Shown here in pieces: positions 11,057 through 23,296 of a stretch of 64,000 bases of DNA. The position numbers and the translations under genes were made by a program. The stretch covers positions 12,804,485 to 12,868,484 of the forward strand of contig NC_134027.1 in the NCBI RefSeq assembly GCF_964204645.1, given 5' to 3'. The first letter of the stretch is position 1. The number at the start of each line of letters is the position of its first letter. Source of the DNA: Tubulanus polymorphus (lineage: Eukaryota; Animalia; Nemertea). The notes beneath the pieces were generated by a model. It saw nothing but the letters and a program-made list of their open reading frames with translations, did no database searches and was not told the DNA's origin.

Positions 11057-11410
11057 TTATTCGAAATCTATTTCATGGTGCCCTTTTTCATTCTTACCTT
11101 TGTATACGAAATAGAAATCACCAGAAAATAATTCTTCTAAGTCTTCACTTGATAATCTATGAAATCTATCTGGTAAATATGTTCTGAATTTATATGTATT
11201 TCCTTTTAATCCTTCATATTCTAAGTGTATAACTAATTTATCTCCATATTTGTTAGTCACTGTATCAATATTTGTAATTAGATATTTCTTATGGATTGTT
11301 AATTCTGTTAACTTCTTAAATTTATAATCTACTGATTTGACATTTGAAGTATCTTTTATTCTATCTAGAAATGATTTGTTGTTCTCACTGTGCGTTTGTT
11401 TACTCTCCAT
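11057..11410 (-). CDS. Polinton small beta-rich protein (possible OB-fold/ssDNA-binding)
   Basis: FKKLTEL..KKYLI..TNKYGDKLVIHL..YLPDRF; lies next to PolB. Function is inferred only. Confidence 0.55.
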   Translation of the reverse strand: MESKQTHSENNKSFLDRIKDTSNVKSVDYKFKKLTELTIHKKYLITNIDTVTNKYGDKLVIHLEYEGLKGNTYKFRTYLPDRFHRLSSEDLEELFSGDFYFVYKGKNEKGHHEIDFE

Positions 11411-11439
11411 TTTAATAACATATTTTTATTAAAATTTGA

Positions 11440-14400
11440 TCAACACGTTAGAATTCTTTTCATTATCTCGTTCTCTTTTGTTTCTTCTCTTTTAAATTTT
11501 AAGTATTCATCTAAATTACATCCATAAGCAACTGTATGAATTCCATCATCTAAAATATATCTTTTATCATCAAATGGGTTTAGACTTATCTTTTCAATTT
11601 CTTCAATAAACATTTCATGATCTTCAGATCTTAAACATCTCATCTTATGTTTTCTAACTTCTTCATTGAATATACAATTGATGTAATCTTTGAAATGAAT
11701 ATTCTTTTCTACTACACTTTTGGTTATTCCTTTTAACTTTTTAGCTTCATGAGTTTTAGTTTTATATGAATACATTTTAGATCTAATACCTATGAACTCT
11801 ATCATTTCTTCACCACCTAGTTCATCCTTAAACTTCCCTGGAACTTTTTTATTATCATTGCTAAACAATTCATGATATTTAGGATAATTACTAAAATCAA
11901 AATGATGTTTTAATGTTTTTAAATCATCTGTTATGTTATCAGTTTTTATCTTTAATATGTAACTGTCGGTATCAAAATATAATATTTCTATATGTTTTTC
12001 TCCAAAAAGTGGTTGTAATACATTATAATAGAATTCATACATTAGTAATTTTGATAATTCTAAAACTGAAGCGCCAACATAGATTGGTTTATTAAATTTC
12101 ATTGATGTTCTTCTCATTTTAACTGCAGCTAAATTTTCATCAAATATTCTGTTACCAATGAACTTAGGATATGTTGGTAAATGTCTTATCCTTTTACCAT
12201 TACTGACTAACTCAGTATCATTTCTATTTCTAATATTTTCACAAGTTTTTCCATAGAATGCATTATTCATTAACTTGAAGAAATCTTTTTCGAAATCAGT
12301 TTTAGCTTCAGTTCTCTGTTTGGTGTTAAAATCTACATATTTTTCTAACCACTTAGATTGGCTAAATGAAATATATCTATGTACTTTTTTTAGAATCATT
12401 CCTTGATTCAAATAAAACTTTAACATTCTATAATGTACTACATAATTATATTTATCTTCTTGAGTTACCATTAACTTTTCTGTATGAATATGATTTTCGG
12501 GTTTAATTCTTTTTTGATAATTTGATAATTCTTCATGAGTTACGGTTTTATGTTCGGGACAGTAAGCTAGATTTCTAGATTTAAATTTAATATGTTCAGG
12601 ATATTCTAAATCTACAACAAAGAAGTAACCAATATCTGAATCATCTGCAATATCTAGAATTCTTTTCTTCCAATCAAATTTATCATTATTTTCATTCTGT
12701 AAAACTTCACTTATTTCAAATACTCCATAAGGTTGTGGTTCCATCATTGCCCAACCATACAAATTATTTGCATCTATATATAATAACTTATATCCAGGGT
12801 TATCATTTACATTGAAATATCTATCCCCTAATACACCTGAAACTCCTCCTCTTATAGATTTTTCAAATAATAGTAATTGATCTATATTTGTTAACAAATC
12901 CATTTTTATATCTGTAAATTTTAAACCACAATCCCATGTTAAACCTGGTGATGAATAACAATGACAAGGATCAATGTTAAAATATTTAAGGTTAACATCT
13001 CTAAACCTTTCGAATATATCGGTTAATAATAATACATCTGATTTTAAATATATATCTACTAATTGTCCATGATTTTCTATTTTGAAATGATTCCAAATAT
13101 TCAATGTTCTATTATATACTTCATCTTTAACATATTCATTTTTTAATTCATCATAGAATTGTTCTTTTAATAATTCAGTTATGTTAAAATCATTATGATT
13201 TTTATAGAAAGAATATGGAATTGCGCCTTTATATCTCATTAATTGGAAATCATCATTATTTGGATAGTGTTGTTTTAATATCTTTAATTCATCATCAACT
13301 AATGATTTTGATAAGTTATCTAATGAACTATTTAAAAATCTATATGAATCTATAAATCTTAGGCAACCAAATTGGAATGATATATAATTCTCAGATGTTT
13401 TAGCTAACATTCTAAATTTATAAGTTGGTATTTTATCTTTTGATCTATTTGAATTTAATATTTCTATTTCATTATTAATTTCTTCTATTTTATGGCATAA
13501 CTGTTTGATGAATAAATGTGCATCATATCCTGATAGATTATAAAATATAACTGGTACAAAATTAATTTTCTTAGCTTGTAAGTTACAATTCTCATGTGCA
13601 GCGCCTCTAAACTTTCCATTCAAATGACCATGGTCTCTTACTTTTTTATCTCTAAAATTAAATATCTTTTCACAATAATAACATTTATCTGCAAACTCAA
13701 ATGCTTCTTTATCTTCTTCTTTCATTATAATTTCTATATTCTTATTTAACTGTTCATTAAATCTTATTTCATATTCAATTAATAAGTCACAAAAATGATT
13801 GATAACATTTTCATTTCTATAATGATAATATTCACTTTTAATTAGTTCTGGATAATCAGATTTAATATATAACCCGAAATCAGCAGCTGATTGATGAATC
13901 TTTTTAATAGTATTTGTTTTTGGTAGTTCTTCAGAATAATCATTTTCATAAGAATTTAATTTCTTTCTCTTATAATGTATTTCTTTTCTATCTTGATCAG
14001 TTAGTTCTTTATTTAATGATTCAAAATCTCCATATATTACAAATGGTACTTTATTTTTGTAATCATGTTTTTTGAATTCTAATATTTTATCCTTTTCATT
14101 TGGTAAAACTAATTTACAATAATCATGATTTTCACATAATTGTTTATGATTTAATAATGTACTTTCATTACTGAATCTATGTAAACATTTTCTACAAAGA
14201 TATATTTTATGGTGATCATTTTCTGATTTAAAAAATAAATCGATTTGTTTAATCCACATTTAATGATTCTCATAATATAGTATATCTATAACATCGTTTG
14301 AATCATAATCTTTTGATAGATATAAAGGTTCTAATGTATAATGTTTTATATTGTTACCTTTTGTATTTGGTAATTTGATTAAATCAAATACATTTATCTT

Positions 14401-15350
14401 TATATTATTATCTCTTTCTATTTTTGGGATGTTTGTAATTATAACAGGATACTTATCTATCTTATAATTATTTTCAAATTGTTTATAATTTGTTAATCTA
14501 TAAGTATGTTTATTATAATCTTCAACTGGGTGTAACAACTTATTATAGCCCATAGAAAACATTTATCATCTTCATTTTGTACATTTATTACAGCATTAGT
14601 CTTAAATGGTAGTTTAATATAACTCGATGCTTCAATATCTGGTTCTTTATAATATGATACATTATTTTCATCAATTGGTTTCGATTTAGTTAACTTATTA
14701 TATTTTGTGTTATAAACATGTTAAGTCATAAATATTATTTCATCAAATATTAAACCAGATCCTTCAAAATATTTCTCTTCTATTTTAGTTTTTACTTCAT
14801 TATAACATTTATCTAATTTATCATCTATATGTTGTTTAGATATAGTATGTGGTGAATGAGAATTTATATTATATATTGGTTTATCTTCAGATGTTATGAA
14901 TTTAACTTTAACTGATATACTAATTTTAGGATATTCAACATCAGTTATTATTTTTATTATTTCTTTCATATTTTCTAAATGTTTTTTATTTTCTTCTAAT
15001 GTTTTTCCTTTATGAAATTTAAACTCGATAGCTGCTGGGCCAATATCACTTTTAAATGCTTCGGTTATCTCTATATCTTTTTTATTATCTAATGAATTAA
15101 TATAATTTCTTACATCTTCCATGTATGGTCTTTTATTGTTTAATTTATTTTTTATGCTTTTAATTGTCTTCTGTTTCTTATCATTATCATTATCAAAGTT
15201 TTCTCCACCTAAAATATCATTATTGATATTTCTAATATGACTTTTAGATTTTAAATGTTCTTTATAATATCTTTTATCACTGAATGATTGATTACATGTA
15301 TCACATTTGTATGTTTCATTCTTTAATTCATCTAATTTTTTATTAAAATT
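11440..15350 (-). pseudogene. Protein-primed family B DNA polymerase, copy A (intein-free); catalytic 939 aa intact, N-terminal part broken and truncated
   Basis: Exo YGDFE and YNLSGYD; endonuclease-VII-like CYYC..RDHGHLNGKFRGAAH..CN; pol YIDANNLYG, KLMNNAFYGKT, YFDTDS. Upstream pieces (14260-14562, 14721-15122, ZnF CDTC..H..H near 15250-15310) are separated by a stop and frameshifts. Confidence 0.93.
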
Positions 15351-15529
15351 GATTTTAGAAGTTCAATGATTTATATCATGTATTATTTCAATCTCACTTT
15401 ACTAACACTTTTAATGTTTAAAAATCTAACTCATACAAATATGAATATTGAAATAATGTTGTAAATATATACTTTTATATTGAATAATCTGTCAATTTAA
15501 ATGTTATTCATGTATATGAATATTTTAAG

Positions 15530-15939
15530 AGTAATAGGGGTAATGGGCTTTCAGGTTAAAGGTTGAATGGTCGAGTTCATTAAAAAACAAATATCAAAAG
15601 TAATTTAAAACTATAATATATTTTCATAACCGTGTGTATTTCAGTTGAATAATAGAATAATTATTATTATTTGAATATATTTGATTATATGAATTTGTGT
15701 ATTGTAAATAAATCAATTGGTCGCGGAGCGGAGCGGTAGCGAAGTGGAGCGACCAATTGATTTAATACAATATGCTTTTTAAATTTAAATTATTGATATC
15801 TTAGAATAAATATTTAGTTATAATATAAAATACACACGGTTATGAAAATATATTATAGTTTTAAATTACTTTTAATGTTTTGTTTTTAATGAACTCGACC
15901 CTTCGACCTTTGGCCTGAAAGCCCATTACCCCTATTACT
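15530..15939. mobile_element. 410-bp MITE-like foldback element with ~110-bp TIRs and a central hairpin
   Basis: AGTAATAGGGGTAATGGGCTTTCAGG... / ...CCTGAAAGCCCATTACCCCTATTACT; inner AAATCAATTGGTCGC...GCGACCAATTGATTT. Confidence 0.85.
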
Positions 15940-18900
15940 GAGGTCGTTCAATACAAGATTGATTACAATCAAGAAAATGAAGAGCGGTTAAAGAAAATGT
16001 CTAAAGAAGATGTTGAAAAGGAAGAAAAGACTGAAAACCTGTACAAGGAAAATTATTTCGACATGTTGGCAAAATTATCAAATCTAGAAGCCAAGGTCTA
16101 TAAGAAAGAAAAAAGTAAAGCTTCGAGAGAGGTCAGTCCTGAATGACGAAGTATAGTATCAGCCGCAGATTTTAATAAAGGGCTTGCTGATGCCTTCAAG
16201 GGGATGAATACTGGTATTACAGGTGACCAACTTCAACAAATCCTTGGAACATTGACTCAAAAGAAGCGGGAAATACAAATTCCTATATTCAAGGGTGAAC
16301 TCGATCAATTTGAGTCGTGGGTAGAATTGGTGGAAGCAGAAGTAGAGAAACCAGGTTACTCTGATGTTGAGAAGGCACATCTAGTCAAGACACTGGTGGA
16401 CGGAGATGCTAAGAAACTAGTTTTGGCGTTACGTGATCCAACCTATGACAACATCATGAAGGCTCTAGACAACAAGTATGGGGATGTTCACACAAGGCTA
16501 CAGAAAGCCATTGTTGATATTTCAGCGATTGAGCCAGCAATGACATTAAGTGTAAAGGACTTGGATCCTCTCTATACCAAGTTATTATCTTGCTGGAATT
16601 ATTTGATGAAGAAGACAGAGTCTGATGTACATCTTATTAAGAGTAGCTGGGTGTTAACATCATTAGTTCGACCAAAACTGCCAAAGTCGTTGGTTCGAAA
16701 ATGGGAATCTGATTCACTCAGGAATGAGAAAAGAGATGAAAATAATGACGGTGAACAATCTACTGATGAATATACCACTTCAAATCTTCCGATGAGGTTT
16801 GACCACATGTTTAACAAGATACAAGATGCGCTCACTGTAGCTCGAAGATCAGACGGAGAAAAGGGTGGTGGTGGTAAATTACATGTAGAAAAGAGATTTC
16901 AACCTCGGAGATCTAGTACTACAGCCACAGGGCATCCTCTTCAAATTTCCAAAAGTACTGAAGAATCTGATGATAACGCTAAGACATGTATATTTTGTAG
17001 TAAACCTCACTCGCCATGGTTATGTGATGATATGAAGAAAATGTCAGTTACTGAACGGGCAGACTGCGTAAAAAGAAGTAATGCATGTTTCAACTGTCTA
17101 AAAAGAGGTCGCAATGCTCGTCAATGTCACAGCAAGATGAGATGCAGAAAATGTAAAAAGAGGCATTGCGATATACTACACAGAGAAACATCAAGAAATG
17201 AACATGAGAAAAAGCAGTCTACAGATTCAAGGTCTAATGAGTCTAATCTAGCTGATGATAACGATGATGAAGTAACCAAAGTAAAGGGCGCTTGTGGTCT
17301 TGTCAAGGTCGTACAAGGACCCAAGAAGATTGTAATGCAAAGTGGTCTTGTTAATTTGATATCAAAATCTAGTGAAATTACTGGTAGATGTTTGTTTGAC
17401 ACAGGTAGCGATGTGTCCTTTATTCGAACTGCTGCAGCTAAACAGTTGAATTTGCAAGGTCCGAAAGTTGATGCAGAATTTACTTTAGCTGGTGGTCAAA
17501 GTATGAAGATTAAAACTCAGAAGGTAAAACTTCATGTGTCCAGTATTATTCCTGATTGGGATGGTGAAGTTTTCGAAGTTGTTGCTTACGTCTTAGACAA
17601 GCCATGTGCTGACCTAGGTTCGGTTGATGTGGACATTTCTACCATTCCTAAGTTTAAAAACTTACTGTTCGCTGACAAATTCCCACGAGGGGAGGCGAGC
17701 GTTCATATACTGTTGGGAATCGAAGACACGTTAAGAATCATGATGGACTGTTCGATAAAGGACGATGATGGTGCACTAGTGGCACAGAAAAGCCATGTTG
17801 GTTGGATTTTGTCTGGTCCTTGCAGTATTAATTCAGATTCAAGAATCATTGAAGAAAAGTATCCGTTCTGTAGAGTAGATATAACAGATCCGACTGAGAT
17901 AGCGGTCAAGCATTGGGAGCTGGAACATATTGGTATATTACCGCGTGAAGAAAGTTCCAAGTTTACTATTTTGGAGACTGATGCTTTAAAGCAACATGAA
18001 GAAAAACTGTTTTTAAAGATGGTAGATACGAGACTGGTTTACTCAAACATCCTGATTGGAAAGATCGCAAGTTGAAGTCTAATCGAGTAATTGCTGAGAA
18101 CCGTCTGTATGGAATTGAGAGAAGATTAAAAGGGGATCCAGAGTTAGCATCACAGTACAAAGAGCAAATTGATGACCTTATTCTTTCTGGAAGAGCAGAA
18201 TTAGTTATCGAAGATGAGGAACCAACTGATGGACGTACTGTATGGTATCTTCCTCACCATCCTGTTCTCAAGAAAAGCAGTACTACAACTAAAACCAGAA
18301 TAGTGAATGATGGTGCGTCGAAGGGTCCTGAAGGAATTTCCATTAATGACACTCTGATTCCTGGTCCAGCACTCCAGCCGGACATACTAGCAATTCTTAT
18401 ACGATTTCGCCAACACAAGGTTGCGTTAATTGCTGAAAAAATGTTCCATCAAATCGGGATCAATGAAAGAGACAGAGATAGTCTACGTTTTCTATGGAGA
18501 GATTTGAAGACGGATGAACCACCGAAAATCTATAGAATGACACGTGTGGTATTTGGTATTTAGTCGTCGCCTTTTTCAAGTATTAAAACTGTGATGGATC
18601 ATGTTGAAAGTTGCAAAGATCGTTACCCCAAGGCATGTTCTGAAATAAAGGAAAATATTTTTGTTGATGATGTAATCTCCGGAGCAGATTCTGTTAGCGA
18701 CACTGCTTCACTGGCTTCAGACATGAAGGCTATGATGACTGAAGGAGGGTTTCCCTTAAGAAAGTTTATATCCAACAAACCAGAATGTCTCAAAGGGATG
18801 AAAGAAGAAGATCTTGCTTCATACCACATGGAAATAACTGATAATGGAGCGGTTACTAAGACACTGGGAGTTAAGTACAGTCCCAAAGATGATGTTTTGA

Positions 18901-21339
18901 TGTTTGGTATTAGTAATGTTAATGTTGAAAATGGTATTGACACACGTCGCACTGTTTTGAGTACGTTAAATCGACTGTTTGATCCAACAGGTTTTTTGTC
19001 ACCATTTACTGTACGTGGTAAGATGATATTCCAGAAGTCATGGGTTCAAGTTCCTGGTTGGAATGATCCACTCAGTGAAGAATTACAAGTACCGTGGTCA
19101 AAATGGATGAACCACCTTCCATTATTAGAAGAAATAAGACTTAAACGGTGTTTGATTCCAGAAGATGTGACTGATCCTGTATATACTCTGATGGGGTTTG
19201 GAGACGCCTCTGAAGCAGCCTATGGTGCGTGTGTATATTTGGTTATAGAAGATCGGTCAACTGGTAATCGACACTGTGAATTGATATGCTCAAAGACTAG
19301 TGTATCACCGTTAAAATCAAGACGTAGCATTCCAGAGTTAGAGCTCATGGCTGCACTTATTAATGCCAGATTGGTGGACTACATAAAATCTCAATTGAAG
19401 TTAAACTTTGAAGATGTTTACTGTTGGACAGACTCTAAAGTTGTTCTAGAATGGCTACGCAAACCAGGGTACACCTGGCAAGCATTTGTTGGTCGGCGAG
19501 TATCTGAAATACATGGAATTGTACCTCCATCAAATTGGAAGCATGTTCCTGGTGTTGAAAATCCAGCTGACTTATGCTCAAGAGGATGCAGTGCCTCTGA
19601 ACTTATTAAATCTGAGAAGTGGTGGTATGGTCCTGAATTCTTGAGGAAATCTAAAGATAATTGGCCATTGCAGGACAACAAAACTACTCAGACAGCTATT
19701 GAAACAGCTTTGAAGAAGAAGTCAAAATCATTTCCAGTACCAGTTCTACAAATTGCTGGTGTTAATGATTCAAAGATTCAAGATGATGAGTCAGACAAAA
19801 TTCAGAGGAATGAAAAGAAAACTAGCTCAACGTCACAGGATAAGAAGATTGAAGGCTCTTGTGATGAAGAAGATCCATTGTTGTATTATACAAAGTTGTT
19901 CAGTTCACACTTCAGATTCATACGAGCTATGTCACGTGCTAGATCATTGCTTAGCAAACAGAAATCGGCTGTATCCAGTGAAGATGAAGAATGTAAGTTG
20001 GACTTATGGAAACAAGAAGAAAAGTTCTGGCTTAAATGGGTTCAAAGCAAAGAATTTCCAGGTGAAATTAAGGCTCTACAGGAAGGTCGTCAGCTACCGA
20101 GATCCAGTAGCCTCAAAAAGCTAGATCCATTCCTAGATGAAGATGGTTTAATAAGAGTCGGTGGTCGTATCCAGGAAGCTTTGTTGCCAGAAGAAACTAT
20201 TCATCCGATAGTGTTGCCATGTAAGAATGAACTGGTTGAAAAACTTGTTATCCGACATCATCGACGTGATAGTCATACTGGTGTTGAGCAGACTCTAGCA
20301 AGTTTACGTACCAAGTACTGGATACTGCGTGGTAGAAAATAAGTTAGTCGCATTCTATACAAATGTGAATGTCGAGAGCCTGAACCAATGAAGCAAAAGA
20401 TGGGTCGCTTACCTGCTGAAAGAGTAAATGTCTCATTGCCCTTCAGCTGTGTTGGTGTAGATTTTGCTGGTCCACTCTATGCCAAGAAGTCAAGAAATAA
20501 GGACATCAAGACGTATATTGCATTTTACTTGCATGGCTACCAGAGCATGTCATCTAGAGTTGGTAGAAAGTCTGAATACCAATGATTTTCTAGCCGCTGT
20601 AAGACGGATGATGAATCGGAGAGGAAAGGCAAATACAATTTACTCTGATAATGCGAAGACCTTCAAGAAGGTATCTGAAGTCCTTACTATACTGTACAGT
20701 CCACGGAACAAGAAGAAAATTCGTGATAGTCTTCACCATGAGGGAATAAAATGGAAATTCATTCCTCCGAGATCTCCGTGGGTTGGCGGTTTTTATGAGC
20801 GCCTCGTAAAGAACGTCAAAGTGCCTCTACGAAGAGTTTTGGGAAAAGCAAGATTATCTGTATCAGAACTTCAGACAGTTCTCACTGATATTGAAGCTCA
20901 AGTGAACTCGAGACCACTTCTAAGCGTTTCGTCTGATCACAAAGATCCACTGCCGATCACGCCAGGTCATTTGACTGTTGGGAGAAATTTACAGTGTATT
21001 CCTGATGATGATTCAATCACACAGAAGATGGGTTTGGATAAAAGATGGCAGCTTTCACAGAAACTTTCGAAACTTTTTTGGAACCCGTGTTATAAAGAAT
21101 ATGTTGCAGGTCTCAACATAAAAAGAAAATGGTTCGAAGAACAGGGAAATGCCAAGGTTGGAGGTGTGGTGTTGATCACAGACGACAGTAAGAAGAAGAT
21201 GGAGTGGCCAATGGGTAGAATTGTTGAAGTACATCCAGGTCGTGACGGACTGGTAAGATCTGTTACATTAAGAACTAAGTCTGGGTTGATTAGGAGATCA
21301 GTTCAACGTCTCAGGCTTCTTGAAGGAGTCAAAATTTAA
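15940..21339 (+). pseudogene. BEL/Pao gag-pol polyprotein with several frameshifts and stops
   Basis: Zn knuckles CIFC..H..C, CFNC, CRKC..H; protease LFDTGS; RT YLPHHPV..RIVNDGAS, FVDD; RNase H GFGDASEAAYG, WTDS, NPADLCSRG; integrase VDFAGP, SDNA, GGFYERLV; WPMGRI..HPGRDG. Confidence 0.92.
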
Positions 21340-21670
21340 ATTGATTATACAACCATAGACTATGTATATATGTTTTTTAAGTTCATTAATTTATATGATA
21401 ACCTGACGATTCTCGAATGAGGGGAGATAAATAGTTTTAAGATTAAGGTTAATATGCTGTAATTAAAATTAGAGTGAAAATTTAGGGCGAACATGTTAAG
21501 TTCTGTAAATTTCCAGAGGGGAGTATGTTCCCGTAGCTCTAAGTTAGTTAGTTTTTAAGTTAAGAAGCAAAGTAATTTTAAGATAGTACCAGACGGTGCT
21601 GCCCCCCAAAAAACAGGAAGTGAGGCAGGGCATGCTTCAGGAAGGAGAATGGAGGCCTCCCAAGAGATAA
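15940..21670 (+). mobile_element. BEL/Pao LTR retrotransposon, 5'-truncated, with partial 3' LTR
   Basis: gag-PR-RT-RH-IN order; polypurine tract AGAGGGGAGTA at 21515-21525 followed by TGT at 21526. Confidence 0.92.
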
Positions 21671-21914
21671 TCAAGAAATATCCAAAGTAATCCTTATGAC
21701 CAAAGGTAACACCTTTATCAAAAATTAAAAAGGCTCTATGTTCAATAGTTTTATTCGATATATTATGAAAAGAATTACATAAACTTACATTTACTAATTT
21801 TAAATCTACACAATTCTTAAATTCTCTATCTAATTGTACTAGTAAATTATGTGATTTATAATATCTAAGTCTTCTAGAATCAACAAATATTCTGTATTCT
21901 TTTAATTCTACCAT
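21670..21914 (-). pseudogene. 5' fragment of the penton-like gene, copy B, truncated at the BEL LTR
   Basis: Matches the 10785-11042 protein over ~60 aa, then runs into LTR sequence. Confidence 0.8.
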
Positions 21915-21982
21915 TATTTATAACATAAAAAAATTACCGCTCATCACTAAAAATTAATTTCAATAAAATTTTTCCTAAATAA

Positions 21983-23204
21983 ATGGATGAAAAGATAGCA
22001 TGTGAAATTTGTGGTGAACTTCTAAGAAAAAGTAATATGGCTCGACATATGAAAAAACATGATGAAAATTATAAACCCCCTAAAATAAACTGTCCAAATT
22101 GTAATAAATTATTCTCAAGAAATTATGTTAAAAAACATTCAGAGAAGTGTAAAATTAATGACACAACGGTTAATGTTGATAGTAACGAAAGTAATAGTAA
22201 TTCTGTTGAAGTTGAACCTGAAATTATTTGGAAAAGACCTTTCTTATTCTATGATAAGGATAATATAAAAGATAATTTCTGTGAGCCTTGTCGAATAAAA
22301 TATAACCCTGAAAATATAGAAGATTGGGAGAATCATCAATTTCGTAAAGTACATATAGATAAAATTTCTAATAAATTTGAAACAGAATTCAATGAAAGAA
22401 TAAATAGTTTATTAGAAAAAATAAAATATGAGAAAACGTTACCAGATAATAAAGAAACAGTTGAAAAGTTAGAAAAACAATATAATGAATTAGTAAGAAA
22501 AACATATTATTGTAAATATTGTAAATTAATTATTACAACAAGTTATTCAAATCTACATAATAGAACAATAAAACATAAAGAAAACGTAAGTAAATACCAA
22601 GAGCTAAATGAAGATCTATTACCAAGAAATGATAGAAAAAAATGCCCACAATGTATTTATGAGTACTTAAGACAAGAAGGTCCTATTTTGTAATGAATGT
22701 GGATGGCAAAAGAATTTATGGGGTTATAAAAAAACTAGAGATATTCTTATAGAACCAAAATCAAAATATCTAGATGAAATTTTTAAGATATTTTCTATGG
22801 AAGATCATACACCAGAATATAAGCAATGGCTTGAAAAAATGAAAATGATAGAAAATAAAAATGGAGAAATAACTAAGAAAGATATAATAAAAACAATTAT
22901 TCCATCAACATGTAACACAAAAGAAAAGAAAATGTATTTATATTTATTATTTAACGATTATTATAAAAAACCTAAATTAACAGAAGAAGATATGGAAAAT
23001 ATAAAAGAAACATTCAAAAATATTAAGATATTATGTGGATAATAGAATAACAGATTCAATTAATTATGAATTTTAAATAAGATTGTAAATTCTTTAAACA
23101 TCGATATTATAATTCCATTTGATGAATTAACGAACAAAAAGAAACAAAGAGAGCGAGATGAAATATGGTACAAGATAGAACTTTATTTAAATGAGAAAAA
23201 TTAA
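21983..23204 (+). pseudogene. Multi-zinc-finger protein fused to a VLTF3-like (poxvirus A2-type late transcription factor) domain; frameshifted
   Basis: C2H2 fingers (CEIC..H..H, CPNC..H..C, CEPC..H..H, CKYC..H..H). Joined frames give CPQC-x8-EG.LFCNECG and a C-terminus SINYE(F)ILNKIVNSL..PFDELTNKKKQRERDEIWYKI. Confidence 0.6.
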
Positions 23205-23296
23205 ATGGAAGAACCTAAACAAATTATACAAGAACAATTAAATGAAAAAGAAGAAACCAATGGTGATTTCGAGTTTGATGATATTGATTTTATGTT

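Larger units (their letters stand above)
2598..15350. mobile_element. Polinton/Maverick (adintovirus-like) endogenous virus, copy A; decayed, termini not identified
   Basis: Compact, intronless, very AT-rich gene cluster with rve integrase + chromodomain, packaging ATPase, MCP-like, penton-like and protein-primed PolB genes; several stops and frameshifts. Confidence 0.92.

Noticed and set aside
21555-21914. 119-aa ORF as an intact gene
   Set aside because: Chimera of the penton 5' end and antisense BEL LTR sequence.
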